Shown here: positions 1-14,400 of the stretch, in pieces
Layout of the letters: each line of letters opens with the position of its first letter
Position numbering within the stretch: the first letter of the stretch is position 1
The notes under the pieces: model-generated
Told to the model about the DNA's origin: nothing
Seen by the model: the letters and a program-made list of their open reading frames with translations, nothing else
Database searches by the model: none
Position numbers and translations under genes: made by a program
From: Mustelus asterias
Taxonomy: Eukaryota
Reading direction: 5' to 3'
Assembly (NCBI RefSeq): GCF_964213995.1
Contig: NC_135808.1
Location: 17,174,001 to 17,238,000, forward strand
DNA length: 64,000 nt

Positions 1-485
1 TTCTCTGAGTCTTACTGGCCCTACTCTCTGGTTCCCCTTCAGCTAATTCACCTTTACTTTGGTTCCCACCCCCTGCCAAATTAGTTTAAATCCTCCCGTG
101 TGACACGAGCAAACCTCCCGGCCAGAATGTTTGTGTCCTTCCAATTTAGGTGCAACCCGTCCTTCTTGTACAGGTCCCATCTGCCCCGAAAGAGACCCCA
201 ATGGTCCAGATATCTGAAAGCTACCCTCCTACACCAGCTGTTTAGCCACGTGTTGAGCTGCACTATCTTCCTATTCCTCGCCTCACTAGCACGTGGCACA
301 GGGAGTAATCCTGAGATTACAACCCTAGAGGTCCTGCTTTTTAACTTTCTACCTAACTCCCTAAATTGCTGCTCCAGGACCTCATCACTCTTTCTGCCTA
401 TGTCGTTAGTACCAATATATATCACGACCACTGGCTGTTCACCCTCTTCCTCCAGAATGCTTTCTGTCTGTTCAGAGACATCAAT
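1..485 (-). mobile_element. CR1 LINE fragment: ORF1 SGNH/GDSL esterase C-terminus, running off the window start
   Basis: ORF 81..551 has IGTNDIG, VVISGLLP and DGLHLN motifs typical of CR1 ORF1 esterase. Confidence 0.85.
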
Positions 486-489
486 CACA

Positions 490-3400
490 TGATTACTTCC
501 TGTGTCACGTGCCAGTGAGGCTAGGAATAGGAAGATAGTGCAACTAAACACGTGGCTAAAGAGCTGGTGTAGGAGGCGGGCGTGGGGGGTTCAGATATCT
601 TGGCCTTTGGAATCTGTTCCGGAACAGATGGGACCTGTACAAGAAGGACGGGTTAGACCTAAACTGGAGGGGCACCAATATCCTGGCAGGCAGATTTGCT
701 GGAGTCACTCGAGAGGGTTTAAACTAATATGGCAGGGAGTGGGAACCAGAGCAATAAGTCAGCAGAAGAAATAACAAAGGAGAGCTGCAGACTAAGGCCA
801 GTAAGATTAAGAGGAACAACAGGCAGGGAGTCGTTGTTGAACACAACGGGGCTGGTGGTCTGAAGTGCACTTGTTTCAATGCGAGGATCTCGGATTAGTA
901 CTTGGAACTGTGATGTTGTTGCTATTACAGAAACTTGGTTGAAAGAGGGACAGGATTGACAGTTAAACATTCCAGGATTTAGATGCTTCAGGCAGGATAG
1001 AGGGGGATGTAAAAGAGGTGGGGGAGTTGCATTACTGGTGAAGGAGAATATCACAGCTGTATTGAGGGAGGACACCTCGGATGATTCAGGCAGCGAGGTA
1101 ATATGGGTCGAGTTCTGAAACAGAAAGGGTGCAGTCAAATTGTTGGGAGTTTATTACAGGCTTCCAAACAGGCAGTAGGATAAAAAGGAGGAGATATGCA
1201 GGCAGACTTTGAAAAGATGCAAAAACAACAGGTGGGTGATATAAACTTTCCTATATTGACTGGGACCCACTTAATGCTATGGGCTTGTATGGGGAAGAAT
1301 TTGGAAGGAGCGTCCAGAAGGATTTCCTGAAACAGTATGTAAATAGCCCAACTCAGGAAGGAGACGTATTAGACCTGGTATTAGGGAATGAGTCCGGCCA
1401 GGCGATCGAAGCTTCAGCAGGAGAGCAGTTCGGGAACAGTGATCCTAATTCCATAAGTTTTAAGGTGCTGTGGATAAGGACAAGAGTGGTCCTCGGGCTA
1501 AGTTGTTAAATTGAGGGACGACTAATTAGAACAACATTCGGCAGGATCTGGAGAGTGTAGATTGGGGGAGGCTGTTTGAGGGTAAAACAACATCCGACTT
1601 TTGGGGGTCTTTCAAATGTCAATTGATTGGAATTGAAGACCGGCATATACCTGTGAGGATGAAGGCTTAGTGGCAAGTATAAGGAACTCTGGATAACATG
1701 ACATATTATGAGCCTTGTCAAAAAGAAAAATGAAGCATTTATAAGTCCGAAAAGGCTTAGGACAGATGAAGCCCCTGAAGAACATAAATAACGTAGGAAA
1801 GAACTTAAGGAAGGAATTAGGAGGGCCAAAAGGGGTCATGAAATGTCCTTGGCAAACAGGATTCAGCAAAATCCTAAGGCAATGTATGCGTATGTAAATA
1901 GCAAGAGGGTAGCCAGCGAAAGGGTTGGTTCATTCCAGGATAGCGGAAGGAATCTATGCATGGAACCAGAGGAAATGGGCGAGATACTCAATGAATACTT
2001 TGCCTCAGTATTCACCAAAGTGAGGGACTTGATGGATGAGGAGCATAGAGAAAGGTGTGTAGATATTCTGACCATGTCAATATCAAAAAGGAGGAGGTAT
2101 CGGGCTTCTTAAAATAGATAGGTTCCCAGGGCCTAATGGGATCTACCCCTGAGTACTGAGGGAAGCAAGGGCGGAAATTGTTGGGGCCTTGACAGAAACT
2201 TTTGTATCCTCATTGGCTACAGGTGAAGTTCCAGAGGACTGGAGGATAGCCAATGTTGTTCCATTGTTAAGAAGGGCAGCAAGGATAATCCAGGAAATTA
2301 TAGGCCGGTGAGCCTTACATCAGTGGTAAGGAAATTATTGGAAAATATTCTTAGGGACAGGAATTACTCATATTTGGAAACAAATGGACTTATCAGTGAT
2401 AGACAACGTGGTTTTGTGAAGAGGAGGTCCTTTCTCAGGAAGTTGATCAAGTCTTTAGAGGAAGTGACAAAGATGATAGATGAGGGAAAGGCAGTGGATG
2501 TTGTATACTATGGACTTCAGTAAAGCCTTTAACAAGGTACCTCATGGTAGACTGGTGCAAAAGGTGAAGTCACATTAGATCAAAGGAGAGCTGGAAAGAT
2601 GGATACAGAACTGGCTTGGCCATAGAAGACAGAGGGTAGCAGTAGAGGAGTGCTTTTCTGAATGGAAGGTTGTGACTAGCGGTGTTCCACAGGGATCAGT
2701 TATGGGACCTTCGTTGTTCATAGTATATATAAATGATTTGGAGGGAAATGGAGCTGGTCTGATTAGTAAGTTCGCAGACGACACAAAAATTGGTGGAGTT
2801 GCGGATAGTGAAGGGGATTGTCAGAGGATGCAGCAAGATTTAGACCAGTTGGAGACTTCGGCTGAGAAATGGCAGATGGAAGTTAATCTGGATAAGTGTG
2901 AGCTAATGCATTTTGGAAGGTCCAATGCATGTAGGAATTATACAGTAAATGGTAGAACCCTGAGGCACATTGACAGGCAGAGAGATTTGGGTGTACATGT
3001 CCATCGATCTCTGAAAATGGCAACGTAAGTGGATAAGGTAGTCAAGAAGGTATATGGTATACTTGCCTTCATTGGTTGGGGCATTGAGCATAAAAATTGG
3101 CAGGTCATCCTACAGCTGTACAGAACCTTAGTTGTGCCTCATTTGGAATATTGTGTACAATTCTGATTGCCACACTACCAGAACGCTGTGGATGCTTTGG
3201 AGAGGGCACAGAAGAGGTTTACTAGGATGTTGGTGGCCTGGAGGGTATTAGCTATGAGGAGAGGTTGCATAAACTCGACTATGCTTCACCGGAACGACGG
3301 AGGTTGAGGACTGACCTGATAGAGATTCACAAGATTAGGAGTGGATAGCCAGATGCTCTTTCTTCGGGTAGAAAAGTCAACTACTAGAGGACATAGCTTT

Positions 3401-3672
3401 AGGATGCATGGGGAAAAGTTTAGAGGAGATGTGCAAGGCACGTTTTTTGCACAGAGGGTGGTGGATGTCTGGAATGCCCTGCCCGGGGAGCTGGTGGGAG
3501 CAGGTTCAATAGTAGGATTTAAGGGGCAACTAGACGAATACATGAGTAGGATGGGAAAGGAAGGATACGGAATCCATAAGTGCATATGGTTTCACTTTGG
3601 TCAGGCGTCATAATCAGCGCAGGCTTAGAGGGCAGAAGGGCCTGTTCCTGTGCTGCACTGCTCTTTGTTCTT
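490..3672 (+). mobile_element. CR1 (HER1-like) LINE: end of ORF1, disrupted endonuclease-RT ORF2, 3' UTR
   Basis: AITETWL and GGGVALL endonuclease motifs, SGVPQGSV and [12 protein letters not shown] motifs in several frames; CR1 3' tail gggcctgttcctgtgctg...ctttgttc. Confidence 0.93.
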
Positions 3673-3885
3673 TTGATGCAGTTGCAGCATTACTAGCAGT
3701 GACGAGTTTGAAGTCATTGTTGTCTGCTTGGCAATCAGATCGAGGAGGCTGGAAAGGGGACTTTGGGGGATAGTGGTATTGCCGCCAGACTAATACTCTA
3801 GAGACCCAGGTATGTTCCAGGGACCAGGGGCTAGAATCTCACCATGGCATATGGTGGTATTTGAAGTATGACCATGAAACTATCT

Positions 3886-4165
3886 GGCGACACAATGGTT
3901 AGCACGCTGCCTCACAGCGTCAGGGACCCGGATTCAATTCCGGCCTTGGGTGAACTGTCTGTGTTTGGAGTTTGCACATTCTCCTCGTGTCTGCATGGGT
4001 TTCCTCCGGGGCTCTGGATTCCTCCAGCAGTCCAAAGATGTGAATGTTTGGTGGATTGGCCATGGCAAATGCGTGGTGCGAGGGTGGAGGTATGGGCCTT
4101 GGTGAGGTCTTTCGGAGAGTCAGTGCAGACTCTGTGGGCCTCCTTCTGTACTTTAGGAATCCTAT
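3886..4165 (+). mobile_element. HE1-type tRNA-derived V-SINE nested in an older SINE-like element (about 3765-4250)
   Basis: tggttagcac A-box, gattcaattcc B-box, ggagtttgcacattctcc core. Confidence 0.85.
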
Positions 4166-4251
4166 GGGCCCTTATTGAAGGAAACCTGGTCTGCATGTGG
4201 CCCCAAATATTCAACAATGTAGCTGACTCTTAAATGCCACAGCAAGCAATT

Positions 4252-4415
4252 AGAAACATAGAAACATAGAAGATAGGAGCAGGAGGAAGCCATTTGCCTC
4301 TTCGGGTCTGCTGCACCATTCATTACGATCATGGCTGATCGTCCAACACAATAGCCTAATCCTGCTTTTACCCCATAATCTTTGATCCCATTCGCCCCAA
4401 GTGCTATATCTAGCA
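4252..4415 (-). mobile_element. CR1 3' end fragment
   Basis: agaaacatagaaacatagaagatagg tail and gatcatggctgatc 3' UTR motif. Confidence 0.8.
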
Positions 4416-5381
4416 CTTACATCCATAAATGCTGGCCCAACCAGCGACGAATGAATGTCCAATCTGACCGCGACCTGATGCAATTACTTGACACTCCTAA
4501 GGCATTAAGGGAAGATGATGCTTTTGATGAAAATGACTCCTCTCTCTTGCTGTTCCCCATGTTGCCTGATCTATTATCTCCTTTGCAGCTACACCACTGG
4601 GCTCAGCAGTTGCTGCTGTTTGTCATCTTGGCAACACATATGCAGCAGAATACTCGAAAACCATTCTGACCTCGTCGAGCAAACATCAGAGAGTGTGGGT
4701 ACATGTATTTGAATCGTCACTGACTGCCCTGAGCAAACACCCAAAAGATAGGAGAAACCTCCAAAATCTGCAACGTGAAATCTGAAAAAGGACTGTGTCC
4801 CAGCCCAGTCAGCAGCAGCTATGAAAGCACCTGCGCGTATTGAATCTTATGTACCTTATTTACCTGAAATTAATTGCCGCCCTCAATTGGCTCAGTGTCC
4901 TTGCCCCGCTTTCACAGATTTGTGGAAGCTGAGACAAAACATCACTCACTCAGTGAAACAAAGAAATAGAAAAAGAAATATGGGAGCTGCTTTGGGTAAT
5001 TTTAACCTATGATTTCAGACAGGGCAACGAAATGAATGGGTAGCATGCAGGCTTTACAGCACATCTCAGATTGCTTGCCATTCTATTCAATTAAGGGTAA
5101 AATTGGTCAGTAGGAGAAATCAACACTGTCGTCGAAATCGCTCATTTCCCCATTGGTGGATTAGACTGAAGTTATCTGGACGGTGAACAAATCAGTTCCA
5201 AACTTTTATCAGTTTGATCAAAGTATTTGAATTATTCGTGAACTCTGCCTTTGTTAAAGCATTTAAGATGCCAGCTAAATTACAAAGTTCCTTCAATATT
5301 CTAGAGCAGCTCATGTTCTGCATGCATTAACATGTAACAATAATTATCACTAAGTAACTGAATTATGAATTTCATTCACAG

Positions 5382-5408
5382 TACAAGAATTACTATTAAA
5401 AGATACAG
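5382..5408 (+). CDS. micro-exon A, 27 nt, (V)QELLLKDT
   Basis: ttcattcacag|TACAAG...GATACAG|gtacgt. Confidence 0.85.
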
Positions 5409-8400
5409 GTACGTCAACTGAAATATACGACCCCAGTCTTCCAATAGTTCAAGTGGTGATTTTAATTTTCCTTTTCAATTTTGTGGTTGAGGCCGCAAGG
5501 GGAAAATGGGATTTGAGGCATCACGTTTTTAATGGAGTCAACATCTTGCACTGTGATTAGAAAAAACCTATAGGGTAGACTCCTGACGAAGATTAGGGAA
5601 TGTTGGCTCTGTGATTAAAGATCTGAATGGAAAGCATTTCTTTAATTAGTGCGAAGCGATTCATATTGGAGGATTATAGAAACCAGCATTCCACATGGAT
5701 CAGTTCTTTAAATGCTATTATTCATATCTTAAATGAAGCAGTCGAACTTCGGAATAAGTAACGTGATAAAAAGAATTGCAGCTGGTACCAAACTGGCGAT
5801 TAAAGTTAATACTGAAAAGCATTGCAAAATAACGCAAGAAGAGATTAGAAAACTTGTAGCCCTGGCAGCTAAGTAGCTAATGAATTCTGACATAAATTAT
5901 GGTGATCTGATGCAATTCGGTCAGAAAAACAGAAGCATCGCTCACATAATCAAAAACAAGATAAAAGGAGATAGAACAACAAGGGATCCGGACGAAGTGA
6001 AATATCATTAAACTTAGAATCGCAGGCCAGAAAAGTCAATTACAAATGCTAACAATAAAATGGAATTGATTTCTAGTGCATAAATTTCAGGAGTGGATCC
6101 AGATTGTAGAATGTGTAGGATCGAGATCAGGCTATGCTTATAGATCTGTGCACAGATCTGGCCTCCATACTATTGAAAAGGATTTAGAAGCACTGCAGAA
6201 AGTGCGTAAATGATTACTCTGTCACTACCAATACCTAAATATTACAATTACAGAAAATAATTGAAATGATTGGAGATTTTTTTGAGTCTTGCTCGATGTT
6301 GTTGACCATACAAGGGGTTTGACAGGTAGATGTGGAGACTATTTTTCTAATTCTGGGGCGGGGATAAAAATCGCGACCATAAATTTGCTAATACTTTCAG
6401 CTGAGAATTTGTTCTTTTTTGCTGAGGTGAAGGAGAAGGTAAAGCTCTTTAGCAAACGACTTGATTGAGTGAAGCATCACTTTCCAAAGAAATGAGACGA
6501 GCATATGAAAGATAATTAAGTAGAAAGATGTCCTGAAAGGCTAAGACTGCGTAATTGAAATAACAGGAGTCACGGGTGGATTTTAAATATGAGTGCAGGC
6601 TCGTTGAGTTGAATGACTAGTCGAGCTGATGGCACGCCTCTATATTATATATTCTGTTTCATTCCATTGGATTCATAATTGCAGCCACATACAATACTTT
6701 GCAATCAGCATCTGAACAAAGTTGAGACCGCACCTGTACTGTGTGCAGTTTGCGTCTTCTTATCAAAGATACAATGCATTTTCCAGAGAGGGGGTGCAGC
6801 GAAAGTTCACCAGACTGATTCCTGGGAAGACAGGATTGTCGTATTGGGCCAACTGAAACTGAATTCACTTGAATTTAGGAGACTGAGAGAGATCTAATTG
6901 AAACGTATAAAATTCTGACAGGGATGGAAAGATCGGAAGCAGGCCTCTGGCTGGAGGGTCGAGAGCAAGGGATTACAGTATTAGAATACAAGGTAGACCA
7001 TTCAGGATTTAAATGAGGAAACATTTCTTCACTCGGAGGGTGGTGAACCTATGGAATTTTCTACCACAGAAGGTTGTGGAGGCCAAATCACTGAATATAG
7101 TTAAGAAGGAAATAGCTCGATTTCTATACTCTGAAGATGTCAAGGGGTATGAGGAGAGCGCTGATGTGTTGCGTTCGGATGGAAGATCAGCCGTCATCAT
7201 GCTGAATGGTGGAGCAGGCTCAAAGTCCCGAATGGTCTACCCAAGTTCCGTTTGCCTATTTTTCTTCGTAGAAGTTCCAAGGTGGTGCGTTGCAAAGCAA
7301 TGTCCTTTGACCCCAAACTAAGGTCGCATTGCAAATGCACATAAATCAAGAGCCAGGGCAACCTTGACACCGGTGTGAAACGGGGTGAGACTCCTTGGCA
7401 CTTTTGAGCATTTCACTGCATCTGTCACATAGCGAGAACTAATGGGAAATATCGCTCTGCCCATCATGTTCGAGCGGCTAAACTAAAGCGAACTTAGGAG
7501 TTGGATGCAAAGGATCCCAACAGCGTAATTACCATCGTGGCTTCAGATCCCCATTCTGCACTCAGGATTTCCCTTTCATATTCCCAGTGCTGAATGGGCG
7601 TCATATTTCCCGCACAGAAACATAGAACGGGAAATCAAACCATTAAGTGCCAAATATTAAACAAATGACTTGAAAACCTAAAGGTCTGTTCTTGCAGAGA
7701 TATGATCGTGTTCCATCAATGTCCGATTCCAGAATTAGAAAAGTTGACAAAACAAATTGAGGATGCTGGTAAGTCCATTTCTCTTGAAATGTGCTCTGCT
7801 TTAATTACTTAATTATATGAAATATACCAGCATAGACATTGTTCCCATTACCTGTTTACTATTTTTAAGCAAACTGCCCAATGGTTCACTCCCTTCAACT
7901 CAATCCTTCCGTGTCCTCAACAGTAAAATTTCTTGTGCATCAGATTTCTTGGATCAGTTGAAAGCTACTTGACATAAATGCCACTGAACTCCCATCGCTT
8001 ATAGCACATGACTACTAGTAACTACCAACACTTCAATCGCCCTGAACACATTCTTCCATTATTTATATAATAGTGGGTTACCGACTACACTAACTGGACC
8101 TACTAAGCGAGGCAAATGTTATGTAAAAGGATTCTCGCTTTTATTCTAATTATTAATCAACAGACAATATTCTTCTTGAATACTCATTCTTTCTGCACGC
8201 TATACCACTAATTGGGCAAAAAACAACATCACGCATACAATTATTACATTACAATCTGACTTGTATGTCATCCTAACTTCCCCCATCAGTGGGCGTCAGA
8301 TTCCCCTTTCGTCCTGTCTGAAGGTGGATGAGCAAACGCGCGAACCCCAGTAGGAAAACAAACCTATAAATGCTCTCACCTTGCGGTCATAGGACGATAT

Positions 8401-11400
8401 CTATAAAGTGAGAGAATTGTGTACAATTGATGCCATCTAGCTCAGTCATGCCCGTGGGCTACATACTGCCCATTAGGGACCTGAGTGCAGGCCAAGAAAT
8501 ATCTTGTTCACCGTTCTCCACGCGCAGGGTTGCCAGATTCCACTGGTTTCCGGCCGTGTGGTTCGTTCTCCCTACCGATATGACCAATGTGATCAGCAAG
8601 TAAAGAAAGTGCACGTAAAGGAGGTGCACGTGAAGTGAGGTGCGTGTTGATTGCTCACCCTCCGTCCAATCAAAGCTCTAATATTTATTTAGAAAATTTG
8701 AAGTTAATGGTTCCATTAATATATGACTGGATAAGCATTCTCTACCACTCGTTATGAAATGTTTAAGGTGTGGTAAATGTATTCAATCTAATTCATTGGG
8801 ACATTGTTCATGAACATGCCACAGTTCATTGACGTGGAGCAGGGCACTTATGCGGCCACTAATCTAGGTTGCATATCATTGGGCTGAAAGTATAACATTT
8901 CCAGTTTAATCGTTTCGTTGTCCTGATTGACATTGTGGTTGATATGTTCCCATGTTATTGATATCCTTGTTTAAAATATTTTTTGCAGGACTGACTATCA
9001 ATCAGAAGGACAAAGGTAATTAAAACTTGTTTCCAGTAATGAGGTCAACGGTGAACAGTAATCTGGCGGAGGGTTACCTGAACCCACGAGCGGTGTTTGG
9101 CACTTTAAAAGAACACTGTAAGTTTATTGCCCGCGGGGAATATTTCTCGGGGTATTCTTTATAGCTGTCGTAATTCTGGCGAATAGCTGGCGTCAACCAC
9201 ATTCCCAGAGATCCGGGAAACTGAAGAAGTCATTTCTGGTACATTGACATTGACATTGGTCAGTTCTTAAAGCCCGGCAGACACGCCCATGTCCAACCGT
9301 CAATAAAGGGATACTTCACCAACATCGGCAAAGTTGGCCTCCATGCTCTTAGATGTACTAGTGCAAGCCGTGCCTGTGATGTCTTGTTACGAGTAGAAAC
9401 AAAGCGGTACACATGATCAGCTTTATCTTTCACGGTATTGACATGAACATTACAGTCGGGTGGTTCCTCTAACAGAACTTTAAACTGTAATGTCCACGGT
9501 GAACCGTGGTCAACCGTGGTTACAGTCCAACCATGGCCAACAAAGGCGTCAAAAGGTGAGAAAAGAAGCGTAGCGGATAGAAAGTTTCAGGGCAGAGATG
9601 CCAACAGCATAAAAGCAAAGCGAATTCAGGCATTGCCGCTGTAATTAGATGAAAGAGAAGGAAATCTCATAAGGGGGTAGCATGAGGCAAGATCTGATCA
9701 ATGGAGGACGTTACAAACGTAACATAACATTAAGTCAGGTAAACAGAAGGAAAGGTGTTTAACACGATGGGACTCCGGTCATGCAGACTCTATGACAGGC
9801 GGATATTTGTCTGAGCCCATTCGTTGAAGCGGACGATACAATATATTGTTTGGTGGATGGTAAACAAGTAGAGTAGCAAACAGGTTAACGGCCATTATAG
9901 ATTACAGCTAATTTTAGACCGTTTTCTGCAATTTTGGAGGAGAACAAAGAACAATACAGCACAGGAACAGGCCCTTCGGCCCTCCAAGCCCGCGCCGCTC
10001 CCTGGTCCAAACTAGACCATTCTTTTGTATCCCTCCATTCCCATTCCATTCATGTAGCTATCTAGATAAGTCTTAAACGTTCCCAGTGTGTCCGCCTCCA
10101 TCACCTTGCCCGACAGCACATTCCAGGCCCCCACCACCCTCTGTGTAAAATACGTCCTTCTGATATCCGTGTTAAACCTCCCCCCCGGCCCTCACCTTGA
10201 ACCTATAACCCCTCGTGAACGTCACCACCGACCTGGGAAAAAGCTTCCCACCGTTCACCCTATCTATGCCTTTCATAATTTTATACACCTCTATTAGGTC
10301 ACCCCTCATCCTCCGTCTTTCCAGTGAGAACAACCCCAGTTTACCCAATCTCTCCTCATAACTAAGCCCTTCCATACCAGGCAACATCCTGGTGAACCTC
10401 CTCTGCACTCTCGCTAAAGCCTCCACGTCCTTCTGGTAGTGTGGCGACCAGAACTGGGCGCAGTATTCCAAATGCGGCCGAACCAACGTTCTATACAACT
10501 GCAACATCAGACCCCAACTTTTATACTCTATGCCCCGTCCTATAAAGGCAAGCATGTCATATGCCTTCTTCACTACCTTCTCCACCTGTGACGTCACCTT
10601 CAAGGATCTGTGGACTTGCACACACAGGTCCCTCTGCGTATCTACACCCTTTATGGTTCTGCCATTATTCGTATAGCTCCCCCCTACGTTAGTTCTACCA
10701 AAATGCATCACTTCGCATTTATCTGGATTGAACTCCATCTGCCATTTCTTTGCCCAAATTTCCAGCCTATCTATATCCTTCTGTAGCCTCTGACAATGTT
10801 CCTCACTATCTGCAAGTCCAGCCATTTTCGTGTCGTCCGCAAACTTACTGATCACCCCAGTTACACCTTCTTCCAGATCGTTTATATAAATCACAAACAG
10901 CAGAGGTCCCAATACAGAGCCCTGCGGAACACCACTAGTCACAGGCATCCAGCCGGAAAAAGACCCTTCCACTACCACCGTCTGTCTTCTGTGACCAAGC
11001 CAGTTCTCCACCCACCTAGCCACCTCCCCCTTTATCCCATGAGATCCAACCTTTTGCACCAACCTACCATGAGGGACTTTGTCAAACGCTTTACTAAAGT
11101 CCATATAGTCGACATCCACGGCCCTTCCCTCGTCAACCATTCTAGTCACTTCTTCAAAAAACTCCACCAGGTTAGTGAGGCATGACCTCCCTCTCACAAA
11201 ACCATGCTGACTATCGTTAATGAGTTTATTCCTTTCTAAATGCGCATACATCCTATCTCTAAGAATCCTCTCCAACAACTTCTCGGCCACGGACATCAAG
11301 CTCACCAACCTATAATTTCCCGGGTTATCCTTCCCTTCTTAAATAACGGGGCCACATTAGCTATCCTCCAATCCTCTGGGACCTCACCTGTGTCCAGTGA

Positions 11401-14400
11401 CGAGACAAACATTGGCGTCAGAGGCCCAGCGATTTCATCTCTCGTCTCCCTGAGCAGCCTGGGATAGATTCCATCAGGCCCTGGGGATTTGTCAGCCTTT
11501 ATATTCCCTAAAAAACCGAACACTTCCTCCCTTGTAATGGACATTTTCTCTAACGGGTCAACACTCCCCTCCGAGACACTCCCAGTCAACACATCCCTCT
11601 CCTTTGTGAATACCAACGCAAAATATTCATTTAGGATCTCCCCTACTTCTTTGGGCTCTAAGCATAATTCCCCACTTTTGTCCCTGAGAGGTCCGATTTT
11701 TTCCCTGACAACCCTTTTGCTCCTAACGTATGAATAAAATGCCTTGAGAGGTGAAGCTGAGCGGATATAAATTGCCCTGGGAACCAGCGCAGAACAGGCG
11801 ATACCAAATTAACACAAAAACCGATTGCTTTCTAATTGAAATTATTGGAATACAAACTTGGCTGGAATGTTAAATCCCATTCTAAACTAGCAGCCCGGAT
11901 CAATTTCAGGCTCGTGGTATGGCATTTGTCAATTATTGTACTTCATGTCTCTGTTTACTTTCAATGGGCGAGGGAGAGAGTTGAGGATTCAGTCAGACCA
12001 GCCAAGAAATAATCGAGTTCTGGAGTAGGCTCAAGGGACTAAACGGCCTACTTCTGCTGTTAGGTCGTATGTTCGTATGTTGGGAAATTCGGCCCATGCA
12101 AAGGCATCTGCTCGCCATGCCAATGTCTCATGATATTTTCCTCTTTCGCCCGCAGGTATAGAACTTGAGGTAAAGAGCCCAACCCCATCACCATTATTGA
12201 CCCAAGGACAACAGCAGAAGAGTTCCGAAGAGGCATGATCACACCATACAAGCACACACTCCAGCAGTTCAATTACGTCGTTCGGTGCTCATGCATGGTG
12301 GAATGGGGGTGGCAGTGGATGTTCAACAATATTTGGGAAGTCGTTTCCATACGAGAGCCAGCTGTGTGAAGTCCCCGTAATAGGAGCAGGAGGAGGACGG
12401 GCACAACGCTGCTGAGCTGGACAGAGACACAACCTCTCAAGATTTACAGGAAAAGAGGCTCTACATAAACCAGCACAAAACGATCTGCTCCTACATATCA
12501 GAGCTGGCTGAGAAAATGTCACCTTTTGGGCGGAGGATGGAGGAGGCATTCCAACTCAACTGTACCACAATGACTCAGAGCTGAGAGCGCATGCGCTCCT
12601 CCATCGGAGAGTGGCTAATCTCATGGAGAACAATTTGCAACAGCATTTGAAATTCATGAACGAACTACGCCCTGACTTACATATTGTGCATATGATACTA
12701 TCCAGCATTGAGTGGGTCAGAGACACTGTGATACAGGCATCTCAGGAGGGGGTGTCAGTTGCGCCCTAGCTGCTGCTGCCCTCCACCCATCCGGAGTGTC
12801 AACCAAAAGCTAAGGATATCACTGAAGAGGAGGTGGGTGCCAAGGTTCATGATCTAAATCCTTGGACTCTGAAAGGGGGGGCATCTGTTCAGAAGAGCCA
12901 AGAGATGGAGGCTGCCTGAGCAGCTCCACGGTAAGGAAGATGCCCACTTGCATCACAGTCACAGGCACAGGAGGGAAGCAAACTACCCCTAGATTCACCC
13001 AGTATATCGAGCATGTTCAGCGCAGAAATCACCGCACTCTTCCGAGCATTGAGTGGTTAATGCGGCTGTTTTCTATCTCCAAATATGAAGCACTTTCTTT
13101 CATGAGCACAAAATAAGTAATCCCAGATGCACGAGTCTCCTTTTATTCATGATGGGACAAGAAATGTGAAGTAAGGAGTACATAAGACCATAAGACCATA
13201 AGACATAGGAGCGGAAGTAAGGCCATTCGGCCCATCGAGTCCACTCCACCATTCAATCATGGTTGATTTCAACTCCATTTACCCGCTCTCTCCCCATAGC
13301 CCTTAATTCCTCGAGAAATCAAGAATTTATCAATTTCTGTCTTGAAGACGCTCAACGTCTCGGCCTCCACAGCCCTCTGTGGCAATGAATTCCACAGACC
13401 CACCACTCTCTGGCTGAAGAAATTTCTCCTCATCTCTGTTCTAAAGTGACTCCCTTTTATTCTAAGGCTGTGCCCCCGCGTCCTAGTCTCCCCTGTTAAT
13501 GGAAACAACTTCCCTACGTCCATCCTATCTAAGCCGTTCATTATCTTGTAAGTTTCTATCAGATCTCCCCTCAACCTCCTAAACTCCAATGAATATAATC
13601 CCACGATCCTCAGACGTTCATCGTATGTCAGGCCTACCATTCCTGGGATCATCCGTGTGAATCTCCGCTGGACCCGCTCCAGTGCCAGTATGTCCTTCCT
13701 GAGGTGTGGGGCCCAAAATTGCTCACAGTACTCCAAATGGGGCCTAACCAGTGCTTTATAAAGCCTCAGAAGTACATCCCTGCTTTTGTATTCCAAGCCT
13801 CTTGAGATAAATGACAACATTACATTTGCTTTCTTAATTACGGACTCAACCTGCAAGTTTACCTTTAGAGAATCCTGGACTAGGACTCCCAAGTCCCTTT
13901 GCACTTTAGCATTATGAATTTTGTCACCGTTTAGAAAATAGTCCATGCCTCTATTCTTTTTTCCAAAGTGTACGACCTCGCACTTGCCCGCGTTGAATTT
14001 CATCAGCCACTTCTTGGACCACTCTCCTAAACTGTCTAAATCTTTCTGCAGCCTCCCCACCTCCTCAATACTACCTGCCCCTCCACCTATCTTTGTATCA
14101 TCGGCAAACTTGGCCAGAATGCTCCCAGTCCCGTCATCTAGATCGTTAATATATAAAGAGAACAGCTGTGGCCCCAACACTGAACCCTGCGGGACACCAC
14201 TTGTCACCGGTTGCCATTCTGAGAAAGAACCTTTTATCCCAACTCTCTGCCTTCTGTCTGACAGCCAATCGTCAATCCATGTTAGTACCTTGCCTCGAAT
14301 ACCATGGGCCCTTATTTTACTCAGCAGTCTCCCGTGAGGCACCTTGTCAAAGGCCTTTTGGAAGTCAAGATAGATAACATCCATTGGCTCTCCTTGGTCT

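Noticed and set aside
7698-7768. Longer 71-nt version of exon B using the upstream cttgcag acceptor
   Set aside because: Not a multiple of 3; the 36-nt version fits the array.
9445-9495. Hairpin acattacagt...actgtaatgt as a miRNA or ncRNA
   Set aside because: Only a 10-bp stem with a large loop; insufficient support.
9527-9556. 30-nt phase-1 candidate exon [10 protein letters not shown]
   Set aside because: Poor pyrimidine tract and a peptide unlike the array; not fully excluded.
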